DNA of 64,000 bases from the NCBI GenBank assembly GCA_028534125.1, contig CM052832.1, positions 22,384,001 through 22,448,000 of the forward strand. Direction: 5' to 3'. The DNA comes from Lama glama (Eukaryota). The notes under the pieces were generated by a model that saw only the letters and a program-made list of their open reading frames with translations, did not search any database and was not told the origin of the DNA. A program made the position numbers and the translations under genes. Positions 63,838-64,000 of this stretch are shown here, in pieces; positions within the stretch are counted from its first letter, which is position 1; each line of letters opens with the position of its first letter.

Positions 63838-64000
63838 AACGTAAATACAAAACAGAAACAGACTTATAGACATAGAATACAAACTTGTGGTTGCCAAGGG
63901 GGCTGAGGGTGGGAAGGGACAGACTGGAACTTTAAAATGCAGAGTAGATAAACAAGATTATACTGTATAGCACAGGGAAATGTATACAAGATCTTGTGGT
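63838..64000 (+). mobile_element. Artiodactyl-type L1 3' region (runs off window)
   Basis: ACAAAACAGAAACAGACTTATAGACATAGAATACAAACTTGTGGTTGCCAAGGGG...ACTGTATAGCACAGGGAAA. Confidence 0.85.

Overview
Mammalian genomic DNA, most likely camelid, judging from two Vic-1-like tRNA-derived SINEs and artiodactyl-type L1 3' ends. The only supportable protein-coding gene is ID4 on the minus strand. It has a TATA box at ~56770 inside a CpG island, a 161-aa CDS in exons 56325-55885 and 55491-55447, and a non-coding exon 3 from 54873 with several poly(A) signals. The rest of the window is the gene-poor flank: ~52 kb downstream and ~7 kb upstream, containing L1, L2, MIR, hAT MITE and LTR remnants, an orphan CpG island (~39.2-39.45 kb) and candidate enhancers. 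The most unusual object is at 20178-20297: a circularly permuted tRNA-Ile(AAT) copy (3' half, 8-nt linker, 5' half, anticodon loop present twice) between perfect 16-bp target-site duplications. It looks like a retrocopy of a circular or end-joined pre-tRNA. Also notable is that ID4 intron 1 and ~100 codons of its 5' UTR are stop-free and in frame with the CDS. Repeat family names are from recall of consensus sequences and repeat boundaries are approximate.
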